Below, piece by piece: positions 18,800 to 31,800 of a stretch of DNA of 64,000 nt. The notes below the pieces were generated by a model. It saw only the letters and a program-made list of their open reading frames with translations. It was not told the DNA's origin and searched no databases. The stretch is taken from the IMG/VR virus record IMGVR_UViG_3300032093_000041, positions 32,001 to 96,000 of that record. The stretch is one strand, 5' to 3'. Numbering within the stretch: the stretch's first letter is position 1; each line of letters starts with the position of its first letter. The stretch comes from a virus. A program made the translations under genes and the position numbers.

Positions 18800-21700
18800 A
18801 TGCTTATTGAAAACGAAGACGAGAAGCCTAGGAACAGAAAGCTTCGACGCAACAAAAAAAACTGGGAAAAGCTTAGAGAAAAACCAATTGTCGCTATCGA
18901 TACCCTGTCTGGTGGCGGTCTTGTTTCAGGTCAAATATCGGGCAAAGCTCTGGGAGGACGCATAGGTCGTCGTATTGGTGGAGCCTCTAAGCCAATGGAT
19001 ATGAATCCGACTACAGCAAGAGACGCCGACATGGACGGAATGGTCTTAGAGGGCATACCAACAATTCGCCAAGGAAGAGGAATGCCAGACCCCACACCGG
19101 GAGGCGAAGTCGCCGGCCGAATGGGCAGGGAGCAAAATAAAGAAGAGTTTGTAGGTGTAGACAAGCTTTTGCGCCAACATTTTTCACAGTTTGCAAAGTT
19201 TCAAGAATGGACGAAAAACAAAGATTGGAACGCATTCCATAGAAACCATTTTGACTGGTGGATGTTTCCAATCCCTCTCGGTTCTAATTCATATAGGGAT
19301 GAGTACAACATTGCCGGGGAACCGCTAGAAGAACTACGGCAAAACAAACGCTACATGGCAACGCTGGCGAGCGCAATGAGGATGTACACACGTTCAATCG
19401 GCTGGGACATGGACAGTCAAGAGTGGATAAATAACGCCGAAATAGAACGTGGGCAAGAGCCAGTTAGAAGCCTTAATCGTGCTCGCTTACTCAAAATTGC
19501 CCAGTCAGCTGAAGCTCATGGTCTAGATAATGAACTTAGCTCGATGAGCCACATGGTCAACGACATGCGTTCGAACGGCATCCCAACCGGAAATGATGAA
19601 TACTGGAATTCTATTTCTGGAAGGATGAGCAATCCTGATAGACCAAATTTTCCACTTAACCCAAAACAAGGCGACACTTTCTCTTCAGATGACCCAGAAG
19701 ATACAAGAATATGGAAATTTGATGGAAAGTTATGGGTTAGGCAAGACGGAGGCGGAAGACGCTCCGCGACAGTTGGGTTCCGTAAAGCCGGTGGCAGCGG
19801 GGGTAAAAGTATATCTCCATCAGCTTCTTCTATTAGGGCTGGTTCAGAAAGAACTGTAAAATATGGTTCGCCAGCTTTCGATGAGCTGTGGGAACGCCGC
19901 GACAAAGAAAACGAACAGGCGGACGGCACCAACCTAACATTTGACTGGAAAAATGAAGAGTCAAGGCTTTACTACTTATCAGTATTTGGCAAATTTCCCA
20001 ATACTCATCCTAAAAATAGAAAAAAAGTGGGATGGGCAAAATTTGGTGGGGGTAACGAGCCTGGGAATTATTCTGGGGGAACTCACTCCTGGATTGCTGC
20101 AGTAAAGAATCAATTGCGTGAACTTGGAATTTCACTCGTCCCACAAGAACACCCTAAAATGGGGGACCAATATGGAAGCTGGATTTCTTTCTCCGGCAGC
20201 CCTGGTGCGTCTGCTGCAGAAGGAGCATCAGCAAAACAGCTGTTATCTCATCTTGCAGAAACAATTAGCCCTGATACATTCTATGAACACTTTGAAGCTT
20301 GGATTAGAAATCCATTTGTAACAGCACAAAAAAACGGCAAAGACGTTGGCGTAAGACTTGCTTTCAACAATGATAAAGAAAAGCTTTTAAATGAATACCG
20401 GCGTAGAGTTATAGCGCTACGAGATGCATTGTACTCTCATTTTGGTAACGAGGTTGACGAAGTTGCCGAAACAATGGTTAAGCCCCTAACAGACTCATCA
20501 GGAAAATCCAGCACCAATACTGGGAACGATTGGGTAGACCTAACAGAAAATGCTAGATGGGCTTCCAACTTAATCAAACAACAAGTATCAAATATTCTTG
20601 AACAAGAAAAACCTCGCAGCGAAGAACGCCTTGCATATCTTTTAGATTCGCGACTGCAATCAAAGCTACCTGATGAAATAAGGCAACAAATACGAACATC
20701 TCCTAGTTTTATTAGAGGCTTGCTTCAAGAAGAATTCAAAAACAGGGACTGGGGGAGAGGAGATAATTTCTCCCAAATAGATTTAATGCCCTCCGTTGAT
20801 GACGAAACGGTGTCCCTGATTGAAGAATTAGCTGACGAATTTATAGAAAAACTAATAAGCGAAAATGCCGATGTGAGCGTAGTAAGTGACGCAGATTCTA
20901 AAAATTTCATTGATTCATTTGTTCAGGATTCCTCAATGCGGACATCCGCAGCAAAGCCGATGTTGCAGAGCAAACTCAGCAACAGAATAGCTAGAGGACA
21001 AATTTCTGGGAAAATGGGAAATACCCCAGAAAATGACATAGAAGCGAAAGACCTTGAATACGACCCCGACACGCCAGAGCATTTAGGGAACCATTTCACA
21101 TCGAAACATGAAGGGTACGACGTTAGGCCTAACCCTGTAGACAACGTCTTGGATGCGCGCAATACCGGCGCACCACTGGAGTGGCTCGTACCAGGTTCGT
21201 ATCACCCAGAAATAAAAGAATTAGTCAATGGGCTGACGGACAAGGTATTGGAGCTTGGGTTTGCTAGTTACCTACAAACAAATCCAGACTTCTACATGGG
21301 CTCTAAAGATACCGCTGGTCGCGATGCAGCATCGGAATTCAGAGGTTGGCTCGGAGGATGGATTGGAGCAACTGTTTCCAAGATAATGGCCTTGGGTGAT
21401 TTTGGTGAAGATTTTGAACTAGACGACGGTCATAGGGACTTCATAAGAAATTTCGTAGGAGACATGGCCGACACAATGACCCGCTTCTCTGACATACCGC
21501 GTGAAGACCCTGACGGTCGTGGCGGCAACACAATGCAAGTGCTTCGTGGCCTTATTTCTCGTGTTCCTGGATTTGGTTCAGGGGGAAGTATGACAAGCGA
21601 CCTAAGTCAAGAAGTAAATGACATAGCCAGCGGACTAGCAATGCGGGCCATACACGCAGGGTTAAAAATCAACAACATGCAACGTATGGGTATTAGCGAT

Positions 21701-22603
21701 AGACGTAGGGCGAACCAAGACACACTTGACTGGTGGAACTCTGCCATAGGCGCTGGCCTGCTTTCTACATCTCCTAGCGATTATGAGTCGATAGACGATA
21801 TTGGATACGAAAACCTAATGAAAGAGTCGCAAGTATCTGTGGCCATGCCTATTAATGCTGTTTTAAATATGTTTGCTGATAACGAGTTTAAAACGCTATT
21901 TGAAACAAACACCAGCCAAGGCAATGTCAACACTTCAGCTCGGGCCGCAGCAGAATTTGCGATGTTCGGAATCCTCCCCTCATATAAGGGGAAGAGGCCT
22001 GCTTACGGAATTTTGCACGTCGGCGGAATGACAGAAGATGCAATAAAAAACACGAACCAGTACGGACCCATAAGAATTGTCCTAAACCCCGACATGAATG
22101 AAAAGGTTACTTGGACAGAAATTGACTCACTGTCCTTGATGTCAACAGCTTCAACGTTAAAGAACCCGTCACAGCATGGGCTTTTTGGACAAAGGCTTAC
22201 TTCTGACACCCCCTTTACAAGGGTTTCGGCAGCCGACATTATCTCTCTTATCGAGCGTGGCCGAGATGTATCAAATAGCGCAGACGACAAGAGTGCCATA
22301 GGTAGGTCCAAATATGCAGAAGCTCAAATTCATTCAAAGATAACTCTGGAAGACATTCAATACATTGTCGTTGACGACACCGACTTTAGATGGGGGGATA
22401 TTGATTTTCCTCCATTTGGTCCTGATGGGATGATTCTGATGCAGGACGACGATGGTTATGAGGAAGCAGCAGATGAATTTCCCGATGACATTATGGATTA
22501 TGAAGGATTTATTCAGATATCCAAAATTGCAGAATCTCTTAACATTCCCGTTGTTCTGCTCAGTGATATAACAAATGCTGGCGAAGAGGTGGTGAGGCCG
22601 TGA
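18800..22603 (+). CDS. Giant modular protein C (1267 aa): DxDxDG module, OGFr/DUF1810-like domain, unknown module, DUF3626-like domain
   Basis: HFDWWMFPI...RLLKIAQS; FKTLFETNTSQG...RPAYGIL...YGPIRIVL...DSL...YAEAQIH; linkers VAGRM, ISGRM, ISGKM. Confidence 0.85.
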   Translation: MLIENEDEKPRNRKLRRNKKNWEKLREKPIVAIDTLSGGGLVSGQISGKALGGRIGRRIGGASKPMDMNPTTARDADMDGMVLEGIPTIRQGRGMPDPTPGGEVAGRMGREQNKEEFVGVDKLLRQHFSQFAKFQEWTKNKDWNAFHRNHFDWWMFPIPLGSNSYRDEYNIAGEPLEELRQNKRYMATLASAMRMYTRSIGWDMDSQEWINNAEIERGQEPVRSLNRARLLKIAQSAEAHGLDNELSSMSHMVNDMRSNGIPTGNDEYWNSISGRMSNPDRPNFPLNPKQGDTFSSDDPEDTRIWKFDGKLWVRQDGGGRRSATVGFRKAGGSGGKSISPSASSIRAGSERTVKYGSPAFDELWERRDKENEQADGTNLTFDWKNEESRLYYLSVFGKFPNTHPKNRKKVGWAKFGGGNEPGNYSGGTHSWIAAVKNQLRELGISLVPQEHPKMGDQYGSWISFSGSPGASAAEGASAKQLLSHLAETISPDTFYEHFEAWIRNPFVTAQKNGKDVGVRLAFNNDKEKLLNEYRRRVIALRDALYSHFGNEVDEVAETMVKPLTDSSGKSSTNTGNDWVDLTENARWASNLIKQQVSNILEQEKPRSEERLAYLLDSRLQSKLPDEIRQQIRTSPSFIRGLLQEEFKNRDWGRGDNFSQIDLMPSVDDETVSLIEELADEFIEKLISENADVSVVSDADSKNFIDSFVQDSSMRTSAAKPMLQSKLSNRIARGQISGKMGNTPENDIEAKDLEYDPDTPEHLGNHFTSKHEGYDVRPNPVDNVLDARNTGAPLEWLVPGSYHPEIKELVNGLTDKVLELGFASYLQTNPDFYMGSKDTAGRDAASEFRGWLGGWIGATVSKIMALGDFGEDFELDDGHRDFIRNFVGDMADTMTRFSDIPREDPDGRGGNTMQVLRGLISRVPGFGSGGSMTSDLSQEVNDIASGLAMRAIHAGLKINNMQRMGISDRRRANQDTLDWWNSAIGAGLLSTSPSDYESIDDIGYENLMKESQVSVAMPINAVLNMFADNEFKTLFETNTSQGNVNTSARAAAEFAMFGILPSYKGKRPAYGILHVGGMTEDAIKNTNQYGPIRIVLNPDMNEKVTWTEIDSLSLMSTASTLKNPSQHGLFGQRLTSDTPFTRVSAADIISLIERGRDVSNSADDKSAIGRSKYAEAQIHSKITLEDIQYIVVDDTDFRWGDIDFPPFGPDGMILMQDDDGYEEAADEFPDDIMDYEGFIQISKIAESLNIPVVLLSDITNAGEEVVRP

Positions 22604-22806
22604 TTGAGCTATTTGCCACCGGGCCAGGTGGGAGACAAAAAATGTTTAAAACCCATTCCGTCATGGTTGGAAATTCTCCTGTCTACTTTGGATACATACT
22701 CAGGAACGGCGAAAAAGGTGGAATAATTAACTTATCGTCCGTTGTTGCCTCTAATCCAGTTTGGACAGTCGTTGACGAATTTATCGCAGATACTAAACCA
22801 GAGTAG
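22600..22806 (+). CDS. Small protein coupled to giant protein C
   Basis: GTGA overlap preceded by GAGGTGG; 68 aa. Confidence 0.65.
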   Translation: MIELFATGPGGRQKMFKTHSVMVGNSPVYFGYILRNGEKGGIINLSSVVASNPVWTVVDEFIADTKPE

Positions 22807-22826
22807 AAGAAATCTTTACAAAACAC

Positions 22827-25800
22827 ATGACTGATACGCAGAACATAGACATTGAGCAAAAAGACGTTCTTGGGGCTCCGCGCAGAGTGCGCACTACCGA
22901 CCCGGACGTTTTCTCTGACCCAGAATCGGCCAGAGTTGCTGCGCGACGTCTTGGATGTATTGGGATTAGAAGATATCTAAACCGCTCAGGCGGAGAGTCA
23001 TGGATGCCATGCACCAATGAGTCCGACTACAGAAAATATAGCGGGATAGGTGTTTCTGGTCGTAGGTTCCGACGCCAGCAGCTGGAAAGAGATATCAGGC
23101 AAATCACCGGCCGAGGCAAGCTTGCAAAGAAGACTTTAGAAGAAGCTGTCGAAACGAAAGCAAGCAAAAAAAATAACTACACAAAGCCGGAATTGCGCGA
23201 GAGAATCAAGCAGCGAATTATGGCTGGCTCTGAGGGTGGAGCCCCCGGACAGTGGTCTGCAAGAAAAGCGCAAATGCTCGCTCAGGCGTATAAAAAAGCA
23301 GGTGGCGGATACAAGACTGGCGGAAAAAGCAAAACGCAACGTTCGCTTTCTTCGTGGACTAAAGAAAAATGGACCACGAGCGACGGTAAAAAAGCTCGCA
23401 GAGGTAGCTACACCAGAAGATACTTGCCAGCTAAAGCGTGGTCAAAGCTGACACCGGCGCAAAGAGCGGCTACCAACAGGAAGAAAATACAGGGTTCTCG
23501 CAGCGGAGAACAGTTTGTCCCTAATACGGATGCGGCAAGAACGGCACGCAAACGTTCAGTTAGGGGCGTAAAACACGTTGAGTTTTATGACGGCATCGAA
23601 ACAAAATCAATCGATGGTCTGATAGAGGAAAAGGCATTATCTCGTCGTTCTTCCAGAAGAACTCTTAGAACTCCTGGTGCGTTGCGTCCTAGATTGGGAG
23701 CAACCGGACAGGATATGAATCCCGCAACAGCGAGAGACGAAGACCTAGACGGCTTAGTTCTTGAAGGAATTCCCACAATTAACCGTGGTCGCGGTGTAAT
23801 TGACCCAACCCCGGGCGGAAGACCGAGTCGGTGGGTGCCAAGAATGCGGCCTCAAAGGACGCAAGCGCCAACACCGGAAGAAAAACCTCAGCCTCGTAGG
23901 CAGTTGCTCCAGCGACCAGAAAGATTGCCAAAACCAAAGGCTGAAAAAGTACGCGAATCTAAACTTAATTGGCTCCCAGAAGATGCTGATAAATGGACAG
24001 AAGACGATGCCCAGAGGTTGCTCGATACGCAAAAAGCTTCCGGTCTTTCTTACGGTGAATTTGCAAAACAGAACGGACTTTTTGCTAACGACGTTCGTGA
24101 ATCAGTAGAAAGACAAAAGTCTCGACGCAAAAAGCGCATCAGTGCTTTTCGCAAAAATAACCCCAAACTTTTTGCTGCTGTTAACAGTTTTGGAGCTGTT
24201 AAAGACGAGGCAATGGAAGCGGTTTCTAGAGGAAAAGTTAACAACTGGGGCTCACTTGTTTCATGGGCGTTTAAAGACAATGACTTAAAGCGCCAAAGAC
24301 TAAACGACAGGGCGGTAAACGACCTATTTAACAATGTGTCAAATGGTCTTGACCCAGACGGAAAGTCAGATGTAGTTCTTGGTTTTGTGCCGTCGCGCAC
24401 GAAACAAGGAGAAATGACTAAGACTTTTGCCCGAGCAAACAATCTTCCCGATGGTTTCGTTAGTAGATACAAGACTCCGAGAACAGCCATACAGCCAGCT
24501 AGAAGAATTACTTCCACGGCCGAACGAGCAGAACGTCGTGGAGAGCGACGCGTTGGAAGAATAAGCAGAGACATAGAGGCAACAGCTAGGGCGTTTGAAA
24601 GGTTTGACGCTATTTCCGGCCGCATGGGTGGGATATCAGGACGCATGGCAACACCGTCTGGCCCAGACTCACAGTGGACAAACCAAGAAAAAGCACAGTG
24701 GAAAGCCGGTCAGTGGCGTAAGAGGTTCCTCTTCGATGAAGCCCTAAGTACTGCAAGGGTTAATTTATCACCTGAAATGCAGGCACATATTGCCAAGTAT
24801 CCTGATGCCGCAACTGCAGCAAGAGCAATCCTTGACCTATCTGACCAAGATTTAGACAAGCTGTTCAAGGGTCATAATGACGCGCTCAAAGCAGCGAACG
24901 TAGCCATTAAACCTCCAAGAAAAGATGAACTTCCGCTTCTTCCGTCTGAAGTTGCTGCAGCAGCACAAATCAAACGTCCTCTCGTTAGAAGCTTCCTTGA
25001 TGAGTACAAAAAAATGGCACCGAATGGGACTTTGTCGCGTCTTGATGTTGACGTACTCTCTAATGAAGACATTGAAGAACTGTTTAATCGCTACATACTG
25101 CCAGAGATGGTCGACCCAACAAAGCTCGATGCTGCTGGTGTAATTGATGTTGCCCAGAGAATTTCTCAACCGGGCCAAGAAAATTCACCGCTGCGCCTGC
25201 TGGACAATCTTGCATATATGGCCGGCGACGATGCGATGAGCCTGGAAGCAAGAAGAAGAGTTCTTCAAGAAAAACTTGCCGCTGGTGTTGCTCAGGGAAC
25301 CATGACCCCGGCTCAACAGCAGGCAACACAAAATGCGCTTGATGCCCTAGATGAAGAACTAGCAAAACTAATAGCTGACTACGAAGCTGGAAAGCCTTTA
25401 GATTCGTCTATACCGTTGCAGCCTTTAGACGACCCGAGGCAAATGCCAAGATGGGCTGGCGGACGTAGGGCGCTTAGTTTTGAAGACCCAGTAACAGCAG
25501 ATGATTACATCATGTTTTTGTTGGAAAACAATGACATTGGCTTCCACCCAGAATGGGGTCCAATCACCAAGCCTGAATGGGAGAACTGGTCAGAAGACAT
25601 ACAGGAGAGGGCCGCAGAAGCAGAACGCGTCTATAGAGAAGGCGGAGAACTAGAAGCTAAAGACGCCATAGACGCTTTGAATGCAGAGTATCAGCAATGG
25701 ACACAGGTTGGTCTTGAGGCAGGATGGATTCAAGAGCCAGAAGAAGACGAAGAGTTTGAAGAACCGCAGCCTGAGCGCCCAATACGTGATGAGTTTGGTG

Positions 25801-28800
25801 TTCTCGATGAAGATTGGGTATGGAACACAGAACACGGTTCCCCCGAAGAGCTTGGCGTAACCGACGACCCAGCAACGTGGGCTCAACACCCGGACAACGT
25901 CGAAGACGACGGCGTAACCCTAATCCCACTTGACGAACTAGAAGAATTGATTCTCAAGTATGCGCCGAAACAGTTTCAAGCTGACCTTCTCGAAATACTA
26001 AAGCCAAGTGAGTGGACAGACCCACACAACGGTCATATCGACCAAAGATACATTGACCTCCCGCCCGAATTAATTGATTATTTTGTCGGACAAGCAATGG
26101 GAACAATGCCGCCGACCCCATCAAGCTCAGGACAGATGCCAACACCAAACCTTGGTGGAATACAAGGTGATGGAGTTGGACTTTCCGACCCGGGCGGACC
26201 AAGACTTCGCAAGGGCATACCTTTTATACCAAGGAACATCAACTGGGACTCTGCATTGCGCATGTTCCAGCGAATTCTAAATAAACAAGGAAAACAAGCA
26301 TCGTCAAAAGGCTCTTATGCAACTGCAAGTCGCCAGTATGACCCAGCACTTGGTGTTTATGACGACTGGGGTGCACTACAGCTACAGAACCAGTTTGTAG
26401 AGGCTGCAAAGGAAGCCCGCGAGCTTTACGTTACGGGAACTGGACAAGATTCTCGCAAAGCTCGAGAGCAGGTTTGGAACCTTCTTCAATCAGGAAGAAC
26501 TCCGCAAGAAATAAGCCATGAACTGATTATTTTTGGTGCAGACCAGCCGGACACAAATAGGCCTCCTCAGCCAATTGATTTGCGTGACTTGGTTAAAGCT
26601 GCAGCAACACAGTACGCAATAGATAACAACATCAAAACTTCAGATGTAACAAAACTTCTCAATGCAGCAGACCAGGCTTTCAATTCTGATACAGCGCGTC
26701 AAGAGGCGTTTAGGAGAAGCCAGCTTGAGCGCTTGCGTGACGACCTAACCCGTCTATTTAGCGGCCAAAGCCCACAACAAATCATTAGCTCTATTGATGG
26801 TCTGATTGAAGAAACAGAAAGAAAGAAATGGTTTGCTGACCAGGCATACAGAATTGAACGCGGACATGATGCTCGGTTAAGAAAAGCCGCTCTTGACCTT
26901 GCTGAGTCATATCCTGTTCCAACCGCTCGTCGCGCAATATTTATGGAACCAGATGGGACCATAACTGACAGCCCAAGCCGTAGAGCAAAAGCCCTCTATC
27001 AGGAGCCATACACTGGCGAAGTAACTGACGACGACACGAGGGGATGGCCTCAGGCGTTTGATGAAGGTTATGACCCAACACAAATAAGTCGGGCACGCCA
27101 TGCTAACCGCATATATCGCTGGTGGAGACAAAACTGGGGTTACATCGAGCGAAACGAAAATGGTGAAATTACTCGCGAATATGTAGGTCCGCTGCAGGGA
27201 ACACTAAAGGCTCATCAGCTTCACGCACGTAAATACGGAAACGAAGGTCTTGCTGGAACAACTGCGTATGCAACAAGAACAGCAGATTCTCGAGTCCAGC
27301 AGCTTCGTGAAGTAAAAAGAACCATAGAGGGGGCGCGGCAAGAGGGTCGAGGCATGGGAATATCTGGCTTCATGCGAAGCGGTGGGCCGAACCTTTACGA
27401 TGAATATTCACGGAAAGCAGCTCGCGTACTTGTTTCGGGACGCCGCAAAAACAAACCTTCATCAATGCTGCTTGGCTACGATTCTGACGAAATGCCAATT
27501 ACAAGAGCAATGAGGACGGCATTTTCTGGAGGAAGTGGGAAGTTCCTTGGAGCATCTAATGAGCATTCATTTGCTGCATTAATGAACCCCGAGAACGTTG
27601 ACTACTTTAAACATCTATCACCGGTGGAGAAAGACTACTTTAGAGCCCTCTACTCAAATCCAGACTTTGTCGTTGCCGTATCAAAAGATGTGACTGCACC
27701 GCTGCCGAACAGAACACGCGGTGCTTCCACCGTCTCCCCAGACGAAGCAATAATAAATGCATTCCGTTCGTCTATGGATGCAACGCGACCAACGATTTCT
27801 GGTCAGATGGGATTGAGGAGAACGCTAAGCAACGCTAGCAGAGTTGCAAGATACAACCCTGAGAGATGGCAGCGAGAATATTTAACAGCTAGAAATAGTT
27901 TCCGGATGACCTCGCCTTTCAGGGGCAAGAAAAAGCAGAACTACAAGCTTGAACAAATAACTCTGAAAGACAGCGTTTTTAAGCCAGTAGAAGGTCTTTA
28001 TCTTGTAGATGCAGATACAAAAAATGTTATCGACGGACCTTTCAAATCAGATGAATTAGGTTTATTGGCCAGTGAAAAAGCCAAGGGCGCAGAAACAAGC
28101 GTTATATCTAAAAATTATCCTCGTCCATGGGAGCAAATGCCTGAGATTCAGGAGCTAATTGCTAACGGCGTGAGTAATGAATTGCGTGATTTTATGACGC
28201 TGGACTCACACAAGATAAGCGACATACGCAGCACTGTTTACGACACTATTGAAGGCAAAATTAACCAATATGCACTAGACCTTGATAAGGGCGTCCCACA
28301 GAAAGCGTCAGATACGGCAATATTTAGTCGCGACCCTGATACGGGGGCGCTAATGGTTCTTCTTATACAAAGAGCGTTCGGTCCACACAAAGACGATACC
28401 GGTGCATGGGTTCTCCCTGGAGGGTTTGCTGACCCTGGCGAAACCGCACTAGAGACAGCATTGCGTGAACTAGAAGAGGAAGTAGGACTAAAAGTAAGTC
28501 CGACAGATGCGCGCGTTAAGCAGATAGGAACAATAACAGCACCAGACTGGGATGTGCGCTTTACAAAAGGCGTAGAGGTCAGTGGTACTGCGTTGTTTGT
28601 ATCTCCAGACGCTGCCTTTAAGGCTGGAGATGACGCGCTGAGAGCGCAATGGTTCCCTGTTCAGGATATAGCGGACGGAAAACTTCCAATCGGGTTCGGA
28701 CATGTCGCGTGGATTAAGAACGCTATGGCTCTGGAAGTTGATGACCCGGCAAACTATGGTCCTGACTACGAAAGTTTAAGAACAGGTTTAGACCGTGTTG

Positions 28801-31800
28801 AAAGAGCAACGCGTGCTAGGAATAAAGAACTAATTGAAATTTCAAACAGCTGGCGCAAAGAACTGAATAAAGGCAGAGCAAAAGCCGACAAGATAAAACT
28901 TTTTGACGAAAAAAACCTTGGTTCATATTCCGCTTGGGAACTAGCTCCATCAGACGACATGATGAGGCTCGGCTCAATATCCCGCATGAGGCTAATGGGC
29001 AGAGAGGTAACTCCAGAATCTATTGCCGCGGACGTAGAAAGAACCCGTGAAAACCGTCTATCCAGAGTTGGTTCAAATTTTGGTCCGTCAATATCTGGAC
29101 GCATGGGTGAAGGGTTTGAAAACAACATGAACGACATGCACTTAAGAGGCATGTCGTCTGACGAAATAAAAAATAAGCTGCGCCAAGAAAATGGCGTCAG
29201 TGAAGAGGATATAAATCGTTACGTTCTCTATAGCGGAATACAGTTGTCTAAAACTTCAGACAATGTTTCAGCTTCAGAGCGAAAAATGTTTGACGAGATG
29301 ATATCCAGCGGAGGCTCAATTAGAGACTTGGCAAAAAAGAACAAAATATCTTTTACGGAAGCAATGGATGTTGTTGTAAAAGTAGAGTCTTCAATCGGCA
29401 ATAGAGAGCCGGCCATAAATGCAGCATTGCGCAAAGCAATTATGAATGATTCTTTTATTTCTGGAGCAGAAAAAGCGGCGATGGTGCAGCGACTACATGG
29501 AGCATCGCGTGCCTCTGTAGCAAAATTTATGGGTATGTCGGTGGAGCGATACGGGGAAGTAGAAGCATCGATAATAGACAACCTAAAAGCTCGCAACCCG
29601 AAAATGTTTAAGTCTGCCGGTGCATGGTCTTCAAATCCAGAATCCTTATTTGCAGAACAAGATATTTTTATGCGTTATGTTCATGGCAAGCAGCCACTAA
29701 ACCGCATAGCAGAAGACCTTGGCATGACCGAAAAAATGGTCGATGGCATAGTAAAGCGATACGCCAGATGGAAAAATTCAAATGCTCCTCTAGAGAGAGC
29801 AGCAATCAAACAATCAATTTCGCAGTTTGGTTCAGCATTGAACGCTGGTGAAATTCAAATGATGCGTCGCTTGTCGGACGGAGAAAATATATTCCAATTC
29901 TCCGAAAGAACAAACATGCCGAAGAAAGCTGCAATACGCATGTATAACTCGGCAATGCGTAAAATGCATATGGAATCCGGAGTTTCTCCTCTTTCAAGAA
30001 ACTTTGACGCCAACATATATAAGGCGATACCTAAAGAGTGGATTTCTCCGTCATTCTTGTTCGAAAAAAATCCACCGAAGGCAACTAGGGCAATATCTGG
30101 CAAAATGTCAGACGTAGCAAAGAGCGCTAACAAATTTAACGCAGAAAAACGTTCTTACATGACATCCCCTATGTCTGCTTTGCGCGAAAAAGTAAAAGAT
30201 ATTCGCCAGGAAATGAGAGACCAAATACAGAATCTTTCATCTACGTCGGCTTATATGCATCCAGTATTTGGAGGGCAAGAAGGCATAGACAAAATGGCGG
30301 CGCTCGGTGCTTACATAAAAAGGACAATAGATGAATCTGTCCTAGAGGCTGTCGTGGATGCCGCACGAAAGTCAGGCTCACGGTTTTCAGGAGATAGAGA
30401 AGAAATTGCTAAGCGAGCAATGAATAAAGCTCGCAAATCTTTGATGGAAGATTTGTGGATGAAGAGAGAAATGATTGATTTTTCTCTCGACATGCATGAA
30501 ATGATTGAATCCGCATCTTGGCCATGGAGAATGTGGCAGCCAGACAGTCCTGAATGGCAGCGCCATAGGAACATCCCAGAGCTGATGGAAACATACAAAA
30601 CGAACACGCCAAAGGGTCGCCAGGCATATATAAATGCCGGCTTCTACATGCCGCTTGGCGATAATGAGATGTTTGAATTCCTAAATGCTGTCGAGGAAAA
30701 CAATTCCATTAGCGGGAGAATGTCAAACCCGAGACAGTGGGCTCAATCTAGAGACCTATACGACATAATTGGAGTTTCGGAAACAGCAACAGACGAAGAG
30801 CTAAAAAAAGCCTTTAGAGCTAAATCTCGCGTGCTTCACCCAGACGTTAACAATTCTCCAGATGCTACTGAGCAATTCAAAGAACTTGGATTCGCATGGG
30901 AAACACTAAGCAATAGCAGGTTAAGAAACCAATACGATTCATGGCGAGCAGGACGAACTTCACGCCAATCTTCTTCGGCGAGACCAAATAACACAGACAT
31001 TGCTGACGATGACATTGACGTAAGTCAATACACAGACCAAGACCTATATTTATATGACGATAAGGGTCGCCTATGGCCGCGGCATAACGCAAATAGAGAC
31101 GACTGGCCTACCGCTCCGTTTACTCAGTCAACCGTGTTCCCGCAACGCCAATGGGTCGAAAAAGAATTTGACGAATGGTCAGACTGGACTCGCCACGGCA
31201 TACAGCCATCACGCCCAGCAGGAAGTGCTCTATGGGGTGAGGGTAGAGGTACGCGAGACCTTGGTGGTGACGGTGAGATTGATGACGATGGACAAGGAGG
31301 ACCTGGCCCATCTTCTGGACCTCGTGGGCCATTTAATCCAACTTCAGGTAGCCCTGCTAATGCCTACTTCGTAGAACAACAAGTTAGGCGTGACCTTGGT
31401 CCGGATGCAACTGACGAAGAAGTGCTAGCTGAGCTAATCAGGAGAATGACCGGTGGTGGGCGTGGCCCATCAATGAGCTCTTCTCCTGGTTCAATATCGG
31501 GTCGCATGTCATCGTCGTTCCCTCCTCTTGATGACAGCGTTCAAAAACGTCTTGGATTGCAAAATCTTCCTAGTTCATATGACCAATCTGAACTTACGAA
31601 ACAGCATCCAAAACTTACGTTTGATGTTTACAAAGCCAACATTGGCGAACCATCTGTTGAAGTAACCACAACATTTGGCGGAAAGTCAAATGTCAGCAAG
31701 TATCGCTACGACAACGTTTATCGCCCCATTATTGATGCATTGGTAGCAGGAGTACAACGCCCTACTGGAGGAAAGCGTAAATTTGTTTCAGTTGGTGGGC

